Source of the DNA: Thermoproteota archaeon
GTDB taxonomy: Archaea > Korarchaeota > Korarchaeia > Korarchaeales > Korarchaeaceae
Length of the DNA stretch: 64,000 nt
Direction of reading: 5' to 3'
NCBI GenBank assembly: GCA_027491915.1
Contig: JAOZGC010000002.1
Location: forward strand, 576,001 to 640,000
Below the pieces are notes generated by a model. That model was not told the DNA's origin. It saw only the letters and a program-made list of their open reading frames with translations, and searched no databases. Below are positions 19,227-28,847 of the stretch, piece after piece (positions within the stretch are counted from its first letter, which is position 1; each line of letters starts with the position of its first letter). The translations under genes and the position numbers were made by a program.

Positions 19227-22200
19227 CTATCGCCTCCCTCCTCCCGGGAGGAGGGGTATCAGGATCACCTCAAAACCCATGTCCGCGGCGAGGGCGGCCC
19301 CCCTGGCGTCCGACAGGGCCACCCCGCGGACCCCGACCTCTGCGGCGGCCAGCAGGCCGGCCGCCAACTCCAATCCCATGCCCGTCCCCCTCGCGAGCGC
19401 GAGGGCCTCCACGAACCTACCCTCGTCCAAGCCTATCACCTCGACCTCCCCCCCGACGAGGAGTCTCTCCACCATCGGAGCCACGGCCGGGTCTCCCATC
19501 GCCACGGACAGCGTGGCCTCGGACACGGCCGCCCTGAACCCCCCCGTGAGCTCCTCCAGGCCGCCGCCCGAGAGCGCGGCGAACCTCAGGGAGCCGTAGT
19601 CGAGGAGGGTCAGCCTGCCCCCCCTTCTCCTCCTTATGGCCAGCATCAGGAGGGCCGCGGCCGGCAGGGCGAGCGGACCCTCGAACGAGGCCGCCGCCAG
19701 GGAGGACCTGGGTATGGTGACGACGCTGGAGGCCCTCAACCCGTAGGGCGGCAGCTCGGCCACGTTGATCACGTCCCCGGTAAGCCCGGCCGATGCCCTG
19801 GCCCTGAAGGAGACCACCATGACCTCGCCCCCGCCCACGCGGGCCTCCACCCTGACGACCCCGCCGGAGGCCGAGGCCGCCCTGACGAGCGCCCCCTCCA
19901 CCGAGAGCGAGCCCGGCACGACCCTGACACCGCCCGGGAGATTGTCGACCAGGGTCACGTCCGCGGCCCCGTCGCTGCGGACCGTCACGACGTACGATAT
20001 GGCCCCGCCGCCGAGGTAGCTCCCCGCCTTGCTCAGGCTCACGTTGGGTGGCGGGGGGAGGACCCTCAAGGCGCAGTCGGCCGACAGGTTCCCCGCCGTC
20101 ACCGAGTTCACTACCTCCCCGCCCGCCCCCCCGACGACGACGGCCTGGAAGGAGGCCCTGAAGGCCTCTCCCGGGGAGAGCGGCCCCACCCTCCACCTGA
20201 GCGTCCCCGAGGAGTACTCAGCTTCCGGGGAGGCCGTCCCGGCCACGTACCTCAGGTCGGCCGGCAGCCTGTCCTCCACGACGACCTCCCCGGAGGGTCC
20301 GTCCCCGGAGTTCTCCAAGGAGATGGTGAAGGTGACCGCGCTCCCCAGCGCCACACCGCCGGCCGGGCAGGTCTTCCTCAGGGTGAGCCTCGGGGCTGCC
20401 GTGACGTTCGGCCCGCGCGCCGGCCCGGGGGGGTAACCGCCCACTATCCTCACGGCGGCCCTGGCCACCTCTTCCCCGCCGTAAACCACCGTGTTGTAGA
20501 CCACGTCCGTCCCCCTGGGCCTGGCCACCGCCTCGGCCTCGAACTCGACGTCCGCCGCCTCCCCCGGGTCGAGCGGCGGGAGGCTCCAGGTGAGGGAGCC
20601 CCCATCCCGGGCGGGCTCGGCCGGGACGCCGTCGACGGAACCCGACCCCCCGACGTACCTGAGCTCCGGCGGCAGCCTGTCGGTCAGGACGACGCCGGAG
20701 ACCCTGGTCTCCCCGACGTTCTCCACGACTATCCTGAACCCGACCCTATCCCCGACCCCTATAGTCCCGGGACGGGCCTCCTTCGTGAACCTGAGCTCCG
20801 GCGGCCGGGGCCTGACTCCCGGCCGGGGACAGGCCAGGTCCGGCTCCACGACCTCCGCCCCTACCAGCCCTCCTCCCCTCAGCGGGATCTGGGAGCCGGA
20901 AGGGTGGAATGTCACCGTGAAGTTGACCGAGGCGTAGTACCGCGGGAGGTCCGGGGCCGCCGGGTCAGGCCACCAGGATCCCACCCACTCCCCCCCGGGG
21001 GGGACCGGGGCGCCCGGGCTCTCGCACCGGACGAGCCTGGATCCCGCCCCCCCGGGGGGTCCCCCCTCCCAGACGCAGACCCCGTCCAGCTCGTAGTCCA
21101 GCCCGGAGGCCAGGTTCTCGAAGGAGGGCCTGACCAAGTACCCGGACTCGGTTCTGTTCTTCTCCACGCCCGCCGCGGCCGGCCCGACCGCCCTAAGGGA
21201 GGTCACCCTGCCCAGTATGGAGGCCCAGTCCCTCTCGTAGTAGAGGATGGCCGCCGGCAGCCGGGCGGACGCGGTCAGGGTGGCCCTCCCCCTCAGGGTC
21301 GCCGAGCAGGACTGCCCCGCCGAGACCGAACCGATCGTCCAGTTGAGGACCCCGCCGTCGATCGATACGGATCCGCAGCTGGCCGACGCCGACGTCGGCC
21401 TCAGCCAGCCCGGGATCTCCTTGGTGAGGCGGACCCCCCGGAGGTCGCGTGAGAAGTCCAGCCTTATCTCCACCCTGACCACCCCGGGGGACCCGCAGGC
21501 GGCGGAGTAGGACGTCGACTCTGAGGCGGACGCCGGGAAGTCCGCCAGCGACGGGTCCGCCTCGTACCTCCACCTCACCCTCCCCCCGGGCGGGAGCTGC
21601 GGGACGTGCAGCGGGGGGGCGGCGGTCGAGTTCGAGGGGATCGGGTAGTCCGGGTAGATCGAGTAGCCCGACGGGTCCAGGTCCACCCACACGTCGTAAA
21701 CCGGATCCGGGCTCGGGTTGGAGACCGTCAGGAGACCCCAGAGCCTCGACACCTCCGCGGTGCCGTTGGGATAGAGAGTGGCCTCGACGAACTCCCGGGC
21801 CGACAGGTTGATCCCGCCCGGCGGGTCCAGGCCAACCTCGAGCGCCTCCGACAGCTCGTAGTCGGAGGAGCCGCAGGCGGCCGACCCCATCGTGTACCTG
21901 ACCAGCGCGCTGTCGTCCGCCGATCCGGCCGGGCCCAGGTCCACCCTCCACCAGTAGACTCCCCCCGAGCTGCCGGCGTGCGGGGGGTCCTCCCAGGTGA
22001 GGCCCATCCCGTCGGGGATCTCGTCGTAAACCAGGATCCCGACGGCCGGATTATAGGCCCAGTTCGTCACGTTCAGGGTCACGTTGTACTCGCAGGGGGA
22101 CGCCGGCTCGATGGACTTCCTCACCGTCAGGTTGAGGGAGAGCCTCCCCACCCTGACGTCGGGGCCGAACTCCGAGGTCCCGTTGCCCGGGAGGCTGGCC

Positions 22201-25200
22201 GTGGCCGTGACCAGGTCCCCCTCCTCCACCGTCACCGCCGCCCCGGACAGGTTTATCCACCCGGAGAAGTTGCCCGCGGGATCGACCGTCAGGTTCCCCA
22301 GGTAGATCCACCCCTCGCCGTAGAGCTCGCCCGTCCCCGGGTAGTAGTTGCCGGCCAGGTCGTCCCCGCCGACCGACGAGTTAACCAGGAAGACCTCCAC
22401 CCTGGCGCCCGCGAAGTTCGGGGATCCCGCGCCGGCCCCCTCCGAGTTCAGGAACCCCCTCACGTAGAGCAGGTCCCCCTCCAGGCCGGCCACCGATATG
22501 ACCGGGTAGTCCACCCCCCAGTCGGCCGCCGAGGAGTTGAGGAGCCCGTCGTTCTCGGTGACCCCGTCCCCGTCCCCGTCCGAGTTCGGGTCGGCCGACC
22601 CGGCGTCCAGGTCTATCCCGAGGCCCGAGTTGTTGTAGAAAGAGTTCTCCGATATCGTCACGTTCGCCGCGGGGGACTTCACCGTCAGACCGGAGCCGGC
22701 GTTGCCGGCGATCACGTTCCCGCGGACGATCACCCCACCCGAGAAGTTGGGGAAGAAGACGACGCCCACGTCCTCCGGGCTCGGGGCGCCGCCGGAGAAG
22801 CCGTTGTGCCTGACCGTGTTCTCCTCCAGGGAGCCGCCCACCCTGCCCAGCACCTCCATCCCCGCGCCCACCTGGTCCTCGACCAGGTTCCACCTGACCG
22901 TCAGGTTCCTTATCTCCCCGCCGTAGGCTATGGCCAGGATCCCGTCGTAGGTGCTGGTCTGCCCGCTCGTCGGGGCGCCCACGACGTTCTCCTCTATCGT
23001 CACGTCCGAGGCCAGCTGCGCGGACGAGGTCTCCACCCTTATCCCCGAGTTGTCGACCCTGACGTAGTTGTGTCTCACCATCGCCCCGCTGGTGGACCCC
23101 AGGATCCCTATACCGTAGTACGCCCCGGTCGGGGTCGGATCCGAGCCGTTGGCCATCATCCCCACCAGGTTGTCCTGGACCGCCAGGTTGTCCGCCCCGA
23201 CCCCCCTCACGGTCCCCCCGTAGAGGGCCAGCCGGGATATCCCGCAGCGCGCGCCGGTCACCTCCAGGGCGACCGAGTTCCACCCGTCCACCTCGACCTC
23301 CGGCCTGTCGAACGGCCGCACGTGGTGGCCCCAGACGCCCACGTCCCACCCTGAACCCATCCAACCCGGGTTCGAGTCCCTGACCGTTCCGTTCGGCCAG
23401 AACACCGTCCCGTTCAGGGAGGTGTCGTCGTCCGATATCTGTGGGAGCGGTCCCATCGTGGAATTCAGGGCGATGTTCCACCACGCGCCCGAGGCGTCTC
23501 CGGAGTTGGGAGGAGTCGCCATGACGAACCAGCTCCTGTCCGCCCCCGATATGGCATTTGCGTTTTGGAGGAACTGCCTCAGGGTTCCCTGGGCTGTCCT
23601 CGGCGCCGACGGATCCTGATCGGAGTCCGCCGGGTTGACCACCAGGTCGAAGCTGAACCCGAAGTCCAGGCTCTCCCCCCGGTACTTCCCGGCTTCCACC
23701 CGGGAGAAGTGCTCGCACGGGCTTCCGGGCCTCCAGAGCATTAGGTCGTCCACGTAGTACTCCCATCCGCCGTGGACGACCACCCGGTCGAACTCCCCGT
23801 AGGCGGAGTCCGTCGCCCTCACCTCGGCCAGCACGTGGCCTGACTGGTCGAGGACCTGAAAGGCCAGGGTGTGGTTCTCGAAGAAGATCATCCTCCAGAA
23901 GTACCAGGAGTCCTCCGGGGGATCCCAGCTGACCGTGGCCGATATCCTGGTCGGGGAGCCGTCGGTCCTCCTGTCTATCCAGATCTTCCCGGTGTTGTGG
24001 TTCACGGCGAAGGTGTAGCCGTCGAAAGACCCGTTTTCGAGCCCTATCCTGTCTATCGGTCCTCCAGACCAACCGCTCGGCCTGTACACGTATCCCTGGA
24101 GTATGTAGCCCCAGCCCACCGTCTCCCCGAGGAGCTTATATCCGCCGTTGGGGTCGTTGTGCAGGGTCTTCTTCAGGCTGTACCTGCCCCCGTGGGCCTG
24201 CTCGGAGGATCGCACCACCACGCCGGAGAGGTAGTTGTTCCACCCTGACCAGACCTCGAAGTCGTCCCTGAAGGGGACGGTCAGGCTGCAGGCGTCGCTG
24301 ACGGTCGGATCGGCGCCCCCGAACTTCTCCTCCCCGGAGTGGGCCGTCCCGTTCCAGCCGACCTGATAGGTCTGCTCCGCCCAAGTCTCATCCCATGATC
24401 TGCCGGGGTTCAGCCCCCTGGGCGACGTGAGGCTCCTGGAATCCACGGCCACCAGGTAGGTGCGGTTCCCGGCCAGGAAGGAGTATCTCCCGGAGGCTGA
24501 CGTGGACGTCACGTCCACCAGCGCGTCCATGTAGGGGTCGAGCTCCCCGTCCCCGTCGTCCAGGAAGAGGCCGACCCTGGCCCCGCCTATGGGGGAGTCG
24601 GCGGGCCCGTACCCCGACGCGAGGGGCCAGGAGTCCTCGAACACGACGCCCGTCAGGTTGGCCCTGACCTCGAAGGGGGCCTCGCCGACGTTGAAGAAGT
24701 CCGTGTAGTTCACCCCGGTCGGCCTCCCGGGGATGTGTATCAGGCCGTCGTACCTCGGCCCCAGGAGAGAGGAGGTGGAGTCGTTGGCCAGCACCACGAC
24801 CCTCCACACCCCGAGGGGGGCCCCGGGCGGTATGTCGTAGACGTCCGAGTTCGTGAACTCCCCGTCGTTCGCGGCCGGGTCCCCGTGGGTTCCGTCGTCG
24901 TACAGGGGGGCCGAGGCCACGAGGTTACCGGACGGGTCGTAGACCCTGCAGACCACCGACTCCGGGGCGGCGTCCACGGCCGCCCTGACCTCCAGGGGGC
25001 CGTAGGTCTCCACCCCCCGGGGCGCGGTCACGTTGACCCCGAACCCCTCCACCATATCCGCCTCGACCACCGCCGTCGAGTTCGCCCAGGTCAGGTTGTC
25101 CACGTAGGCCCACGTCTTGTAGAGGTCGTCGGAGAAGGTGTGGACGGTGAAGTTGATCCTGACCAGCTCCCCCTCGTAGGCGGAGAGGTCGTACGAGGCG

Positions 25201-28200
25201 GACAGCCACCCGGAATCGTTGAACCTCCCGTAGCCGTTCCCGGGATTCGGGTTGTACGGCGCCAGGATGGTGTCCAGCAGGCTGTTGTCCGTGGCGTTCC
25301 TCAGGGTGACGGTCAGGTAGTCGTAGTTCTCCGAGTCCCACGACTCCACCCTGTACCAGAAGTGGATCTCGCCCCCCCCTTTGGGGACCATGATGTCGTA
25401 GGAGGCCCACGTGTCCTCGCCCGCCGAGGTGTAATCCTCGGTCGCGTTCACCCTGTACCCCACCACCACCGAGTACCCCCCGAACAGGGGCAGCCCGTCG
25501 TCCGCGACCTGAGACGGGGTCCCGTAGGAAGAGTTGGCCAACACCAGGTAGGGGCCGGGCGGGCTCGCCTCCACGATGGACTCTATCCCGGCGGGGCTCT
25601 CGCCCCAGGACCACCCGGTCAGGGTGCCCGAGTCGGCCCCGCTGTTCAGGGTGTTCAGCTGGGACTTGGCCCCGTTCTCGAGCACGTCGAAGTAGACGTA
25701 GAAGGTGGATGTGGACGGGAGATCTTTCGGCAGGAGGAACTTCACCAGCCCGGAGCTTGGGCCCGTCGGGATGTACTCCTGTCGGGGGACCAGCGCCCCG
25801 CTCGGGTCCACCACCCTGACCGAGTTGTTGTCGAAGGTCCCCGAAACGTTGAGCCTGGACAGAAGGGACCCAAAGTCGACCGAGGCCAGGACGGTGTGCC
25901 ACGCCGTCAGGGCGGGGACCTTCAGCGGCACCCTGTAGTGCCAGTCCTCCCCCCGATCCGGTCCGTCGGGATCCCACCACGGGGGGACCCCGTACAGGAC
26001 GTAGTAGTACTGGTTGGGATCGTCGTAGAACACGACCTCGTCTCCCGCCTGATACCACTCGTCCACCCGGCGCGTCGAGTTGTTCCCCACCGCCAGGACC
26101 CCGCGGCATTCGGCCCCGGGGGGGAGGCGGACCTCGACCCTGCGCCAGGCTGCGGCCGACTTCCCCCCAACCTCAACCAGCAGCCTCCCGGCGCCGGCCG
26201 ATCTCACCCTCGGCGCCGGGGCCGGCTCCGGGAGGGGGGAGGAGGGCCTCTCGATGAAGACGGTGCCGCTCGAGTTGATGAGGACCTCCCCCCGCCCGAT
26301 CTCGATTTCCCTCCCGCCCGAGATGAGGCGGCCGCCGACCCACTCCCCCCCCAGGCGGAGGACGCCGGGCTCCTCCACCTCCAGCACCTTGACCGACCAG
26401 AGCGACTCCGTCCCCTCGGCCTCCAGCCCCGCGATCTCGTTTACCCTCGCCTCCCCCCAGCCCCCGCGGGTTGGGGCGGCCCCCGGGGTTCCGACCCGGG
26501 CCGGACCGGGCGCCGCCAGGACGAGTTCCACCCTACCGTCGGCCGACCCGTCCGGATCGGAGGGGCCCCCGTCCTCCACGGCGATGGAGACCGTATCCCC
26601 CGCCGGCCCGACGGCGGCCCTGACGGCCGGGAGGAGGGTGCGGGGGTCCAGCGCCGCGAGGCCGGCGGGCGCCGACAGGTTTGCGGAGAAGCCCGGGTCC
26701 CCCTCCAGGGAGACCCTCACCAGGGTCCACCCCTCCCACCTCCCCTCGCCGGGGGACAACCCCCCAGGCGAGAGGCACGCCCCGGCCGCCTCGACCGTCA
26801 GGTTCCCCACAGAAACCTCTGATCCGCACCCGGCCGTCACGTGCACCTCCACCACCTTGGAGGCCGTCAGGTTCCCGCGGGCCGCGCGGATCTCCAGCTC
26901 GTAGTCCCCGGGGTCTAGCCTCCCGAGGTCTATCCGGACCGACCCCTCCGCCTTGACGGAGCCCTCCCTCACCGGCCCGCCGCCCCCCCGGAGAGTGAAG
27001 TTCAGGGTGGCGTTCGCCGGCCGCCCGTCCTCCAGTACCCCTATCTCGACCTCGACCTCGCCGGCCGGCAGCCAGAGCTCCCCCCCGACCTGGAGGCTCA
27101 GGCCCCCCTCCGGGGCGCCGCCGGGGATCGAGACGGGGACCTCCTCCTCGGCCCCGAGCCCCATCCACTCGGCGGAAGCGACGACCACGTAGTCGCCCGG
27201 GGGGAGGTCGGGCAGCCTCACCAGGGCCTCTCCCCCCTCGGTCTCCGACGAGAGGGACAGGTTCTCCCCCCCGACCCCGGGGACAGTCACGGTCACGTTG
27301 GCCCCGTCCAGCGGGCCGGAGGCGACGCCGGCGACCGATATCCTCAGGGCGCCGTCGACCGCCGTCGCGTTGAGCGAGATCACGTCCACGAGGAATTCCG
27401 CCGACGCCTCCTCCTCCACCCCGGAGACGTTGGCCCTAACCTCCACCGAGTACAGGCCCAGCTCCACGGACGAGTTCAGAGGCACCTCGCACGCCCACCC
27501 TCGCCCCATGGGTCTAGGCCTCAGGGTTCTCTCCAATCCCCCCGGCAGCCTGAGAGTCACCTCGGGCGCCCCCGAAATCTCGCCCGACGATCCCACCGTG
27601 ATGCTGACGGTGTCCCCCGGAGAGTAGGCCCCCCTATCGGTCTCAACCCACACCAGGCCCGACGGGGCGGTGAGGCTAACCGAGACCTCCCCGTATACCC
27701 CGGCGGTGCTCGAGATTCGGATCGAGACGCTGTACTCCCCGGGAGACCAGGGCTCGAAGTTCAGGTGGCACGACCCCCCGGAAACCTCCCCCCGGACGGA
27801 CGAGTTCCTCCCGTCCGGCCCTCTTATCAGGGCTGTGGCGTTCCCGTCGACCGGGGACCCGTTCACCCCGTCCGAGACCGTCAGGTTCACCAGGCAGACT
27901 CCCGCCCGGCACCCAGCCCTTGCCCTCACGTCCAGGACGTCCACCTCGAACGCGGCCGACGCCTCCAATCCGCCGGCCTCGGCCGTCGCCCGGTACTCCC
28001 CCAGCGGGGTGGGGGTGCCCGGGAGGAAGATCCCGCGCCACCAGGTCTCGTTGATGGCCTCCACCTCCACCCGGAGGGTGGTCCCGGTCGGATCTGTCAC
28101 CTCCAGGGACGGCTCCCCCCTCCCGTTCCAGGCCACCCAGATGGTCACCCCCTCCCCCGGTCGGTGGACCCCCCCTCCCTCCACCCGGAGCCAGAGCGCC

Positions 28201-28841
28201 TGGGGGAGGTCCGCCGAGGCCGCCCCCTCCAGGGGCCCCGACTCGGCCCTGACCTCCACGGCCGACGATCCCGGGGGTATGGAGAACTCTGCCTTTCCCT
28301 CAGAGGCAGCGGCGATCTCCAGTCCGGCCGGGAGGACCACCAGGGTCAGGTTGGCCGGGATCTCCCGGCCGGAGACAGCCGAGGTCGTCCTGATCCTGAT
28401 CGTGAGGTTCTCGGCGTAGGGCGAGGGATCCACATCTACCTCGACCGCGTCGAGCGTGAGCTCGGTCGAGGCCAGGACGCCCCCCCCGGGGGACCTGACC
28501 TCCAGCCGGTAGGGGCCGGGGTCGAGCCCGGAGGTGTCAATCTCGAACTCCACCCCGGAAGGGGTCCGCCTCACCCCGGAGACCGGGGACCCCGGGAAAG
28601 CCTCGATCCTTCCACCGGGGTCGGCCCCGACCAGGGGCTCCGTCCACCCGGTCGGGGCGATCAGGAGCACCTCCCACGGTCCGGGGACTGTGCACTCCAC
28701 CCGCACCTCCTCCCCGAGGCCGTGCAGCCCCCCGCCCTCGACCCTTACGCCGGGCCCGCCGGGCAGCCCGGAGGCCCGGCCCGAGGCGCCAACCGCAAGG
28801 AAGATCAGGGCGAGCGGGATCACGGGGGAGGTCCTGGACAC
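19227..28841 (-). CDS. Giant (3204 aa) cell-surface protein: Ig-like repeats, DUF2341-like region, lectin-like insert, beta-helix, DUF11 repeats, TM, PIN-like tail
   Basis: Signal peptide; many NxS/T sequons; WWD...WHYRVP; LYDDGTHGD...NDG; GTLRQFLQNAN followed by parallel beta-helix repeats; three K...D.LP...N DUF11 units; ALLMLAIRRRR anchor. Confidence 0.88.
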   Translation of the reverse strand: MSRTSPVIPLALIFLAVGASGRASGLPGGPGVRVEGGGLHGLGEEVRVECTVPGPWEVLLIAPTGWTEPLVGADPGGRIEAFPGSPVSGVRRTPSGVEFEIDTSGLDPGPYRLEVRSPGGGVLASTELTLDAVEVDVDPSPYAENLTIRIRTTSAVSGREIPANLTLVVLPAGLEIAAASEGKAEFSIPPGSSAVEVRAESGPLEGAASADLPQALWLRVEGGGVHRPGEGVTIWVAWNGRGEPSLEVTDPTGTTLRVEVEAINETWWRGIFLPGTPTPLGEYRATAEAGGLEASAAFEVDVLDVRARAGCRAGVCLVNLTVSDGVNGSPVDGNATALIRGPDGRNSSVRGEVSGGSCHLNFEPWSPGEYSVSIRISSTAGVYGEVSVSLTAPSGLVWVETDRGAYSPGDTVSITVGSSGEISGAPEVTLRLPGGLERTLRPRPMGRGWACEVPLNSSVELGLYSVEVRANVSGVEEEASAEFLVDVISLNATAVDGALRISVAGVASGPLDGANVTVTVPGVGGENLSLSSETEGGEALVRLPDLPPGDYVVVASAEWMGLGAEEEVPVSIPGGAPEGGLSLQVGGELWLPAGEVEVEIGVLEDGRPANATLNFTLRGGGGPVREGSVKAEGSVRIDLGRLDPGDYELEIRAARGNLTASKVVEVHVTAGCGSEVSVGNLTVEAAGACLSPGGLSPGEGRWEGWTLVRVSLEGDPGFSANLSAPAGLAALDPRTLLPAVRAAVGPAGDTVSIAVEDGGPSDPDGSADGRVELVLAAPGPARVGTPGAAPTRGGWGEARVNEIAGLEAEGTESLWSVKVLEVEEPGVLRLGGEWVGGRLISGGREIEIGRGEVLINSSGTVFIERPSSPLPEPAPAPRVRSAGAGRLLVEVGGKSAAAWRRVEVRLPPGAECRGVLAVGNNSTRRVDEWYQAGDEVVFYDDPNQYYYVLYGVPPWWDPDGPDRGEDWHYRVPLKVPALTAWHTVLASVDFGSLLSRLNVSGTFDNNSVRVVDPSGALVPRQEYIPTGPSSGLVKFLLPKDLPSTSTFYVYFDVLENGAKSQLNTLNSGADSGTLTGWSWGESPAGIESIVEASPPGPYLVLANSSYGTPSQVADDGLPLFGGYSVVVGYRVNATEDYTSAGEDTWASYDIMVPKGGGEIHFWYRVESWDSENYDYLTVTLRNATDNSLLDTILAPYNPNPGNGYGRFNDSGWLSASYDLSAYEGELVRINFTVHTFSDDLYKTWAYVDNLTWANSTAVVEADMVEGFGVNVTAPRGVETYGPLEVRAAVDAAPESVVCRVYDPSGNLVASAPLYDDGTHGDPAANDGEFTNSDVYDIPPGAPLGVWRVVVLANDSTSSLLGPRYDGLIHIPGRPTGVNYTDFFNVGEAPFEVRANLTGVVFEDSWPLASGYGPADSPIGGARVGLFLDDGDGELDPYMDALVDVTSTSASGRYSFLAGNRTYLVAVDSRSLTSPRGLNPGRSWDETWAEQTYQVGWNGTAHSGEEKFGGADPTVSDACSLTVPFRDDFEVWSGWNNYLSGVVVRSSEQAHGGRYSLKKTLHNDPNGGYKLLGETVGWGYILQGYVYRPSGWSGGPIDRIGLENGSFDGYTFAVNHNTGKIWIDRRTDGSPTRISATVSWDPPEDSWYFWRMIFFENHTLAFQVLDQSGHVLAEVRATDSAYGEFDRVVVHGGWEYYVDDLMLWRPGSPCEHFSRVEAGKYRGESLDFGFSFDLVVNPADSDQDPSAPRTAQGTLRQFLQNANAISGADRSWFVMATPPNSGDASGAWWNIALNSTMGPLPQISDDDTSLNGTVFWPNGTVRDSNPGWMGSGWDVGVWGHHVRPFDRPEVEVDGWNSVALEVTGARCGISRLALYGGTVRGVGADNLAVQDNLVGMMANGSDPTPTGAYYGIGILGSTSGAMVRHNYVRVDNSGIRVETSSAQLASDVTIEENVVGAPTSGQTSTYDGILAIAYGGEIRNLTVRWNLVEDQVGAGMEVLGRVGGSLEENTVRHNGFSGGAPSPEDVGVVFFPNFSGGVIVRGNVIAGNAGSGLTVKSPAANVTISENSFYNNSGLGIDLDAGSADPNSDGDGDGVTENDGLLNSSAADWGVDYPVISVAGLEGDLLYVRGFLNSEGAGAGSPNFAGARVEVFLVNSSVGGDDLAGNYYPGTGELYGEGWIYLGNLTVDPAGNFSGWINLSGAAVTVEEGDLVTATASLPGNGTSEFGPDVRVGRLSLNLTVRKSIEPASPCEYNVTLNVTNWAYNPAVGILVYDEIPDGMGLTWEDPPHAGSSGGVYWWRVDLGPAGSADDSALVRYTMGSAACGSSDYELSEALEVGLDPPGGINLSAREFVEATLYPNGTAEVSRLWGLLTVSNPSPDPVYDVWVDLDPSGYSIYPDYPIPSNSTAAPPLHVPQLPPGGRVRWRYEADPSLADFPASASESTSYSAACGSPGVVRVEIRLDFSRDLRGVRLTKEIPGWLRPTSASASCGSVSIDGGVLNWTIGSVSAGQSCSATLRGRATLTASARLPAAILYYERDWASILGRVTSLRAVGPAAAGVEKNRTESGYLVRPSFENLASGLDYELDGVCVWEGGPPGGAGSRLVRCESPGAPVPPGGEWVGSWWPDPAAPDLPRYYASVNFTVTFHPSGSQIPLRGGGLVGAEVVEPDLACPRPGVRPRPPELRFTKEARPGTIGVGDRVGFRIVVENVGETRVSGVVLTDRLPPELRYVGGSGSVDGVPAEPARDGGSLTWSLPPLDPGEAADVEFEAEAVARPRGTDVVYNTVVYGGEEVARAAVRIVGGYPPGPARGPNVTAAPRLTLRKTCPAGGVALGSAVTFTISLENSGDGPSGEVVVEDRLPADLRYVAGTASPEAEYSSGTLRWRVGPLSPGEAFRASFQAVVVGGAGGEVVNSVTAGNLSADCALRVLPPPPNVSLSKAGSYLGGGAISYVVTVRSDGAADVTLVDNLPGGVRVVPGSLSVEGALVRAASASGGVVRVEARVGGGEVMVVSFRARASAGLTGDVINVAELPPYGLRASSVVTIPRSSLAAASFEGPLALPAAALLMLAIRRRRGGRLTLLDYGSLRFAALSGGGLEELTGGFRAAVSEATLSVAMGDPAVAPMVERLLVGGEVEVIGLDEGRFVEALALARGTGMGLELAAGLLAAAEVGVRGVALSDARGAALAADMGFEVILIPLLPGGGRR

Positions 28842-28847
28842 CGGGGC

